Below are positions 63,501 to 64,000 of a DNA stretch of 64,000 nt, in pieces. The position numbers and the translations under genes were made by a program. The notes beneath the pieces were generated by a model, which worked only from the letters and a program-made list of their open reading frames with translations, was not told the origin of the DNA and made no database searches. The DNA lies in NCBI RefSeq assembly GCF_044704955.1, contig NC_092008.1:2294001-2358000 (forward strand), read 5' to 3'. The DNA is from Pristiophorus japonicus (lineage: Eukaryota). Position 1 is the stretch's first letter. Each line of letters opens with the position of its first letter.

Positions 63501-64000
63501 ATGATGACGATGGATGATGGAATATCGGCCGTTGGCCATGACTGACAACCCATGGCCGTGACAAGCGCTGTCAATTCGGACAAGCTTCAGTGCAGCGACA
63601 GACGCACTTGTAGTTTCCACGGGAGGTGCGTGACTCGGACTAATTTTACAGCGTAAACAACTGTTGGAAAGTCCCGGTAATGGAGCCAGTGACAAGAACA
63701 ACCAGTCAATTGTGTCAAAGCAGGTAAAACCTACCTCGCTTGGGTCCAGTTACTGGTACACACGGAGTTGACAAGGATCTGATTTTCACTGCCTATCTCG
63801 TATATCAATAACTTGATCTGATGCGGTTAATTAGAAGCTTGGATATGCTAGCCTTTTTCTCTGCGATGCAATGTGTGGTTTGGAACTATGCCCCAAGGTG
63901 CTGAATAGGATCGTAAATCACACAGATGTTGGTGCATCTGTCCTCCCGGGGGATTTGCAGGATCTTGCGGAGACAGCGTTGGTGGTATTTCTCCAGCGAC

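Overview
Eukaryotic, repeat-dense vertebrate DNA, very probably a shark or other elasmobranch (HE1-type and Deu-domain SINEs, CR1/HER1, L2 and RTE LINEs). Among the repeats is an apparently intact head-to-head pair of multi-exon MHC genes, which I reassembled from GT-AG splice sites and exon phases. The alpha chain is on + (15348-27311, 5 exons, ~267 aa). The beta chain is on - (11942-789, 4 exons found; the cytoplasmic exon was not located). Both have class II exon and transmembrane architecture but class I/beta2-microglobulin interface residues: alpha2 has Y10, a non-Trp C-strand and DDWTF; beta1 has AYDG; beta2 has P..DGTFQ. This identifies them as W-category MHC (WA/WB), here with unusual matched substitutions at the interface. 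Downstream is a ~10.6 kb defective class I (epsilon-like) endogenous retrovirus (38558-49174). It has a tRNA-Ser PBS, a putative 2H-phosphoesterase domain between protease and RT, an atypical env, and LTR enhancer arrays of unequal copy number. The rest is nested retroelements, several satellites amplified from pieces of LINEs/SINEs, an ~8 kb inverted-repeat structure (51.4-59.7 kb) and a solo LTR. All calls are from reading the sequence; no searches were run.
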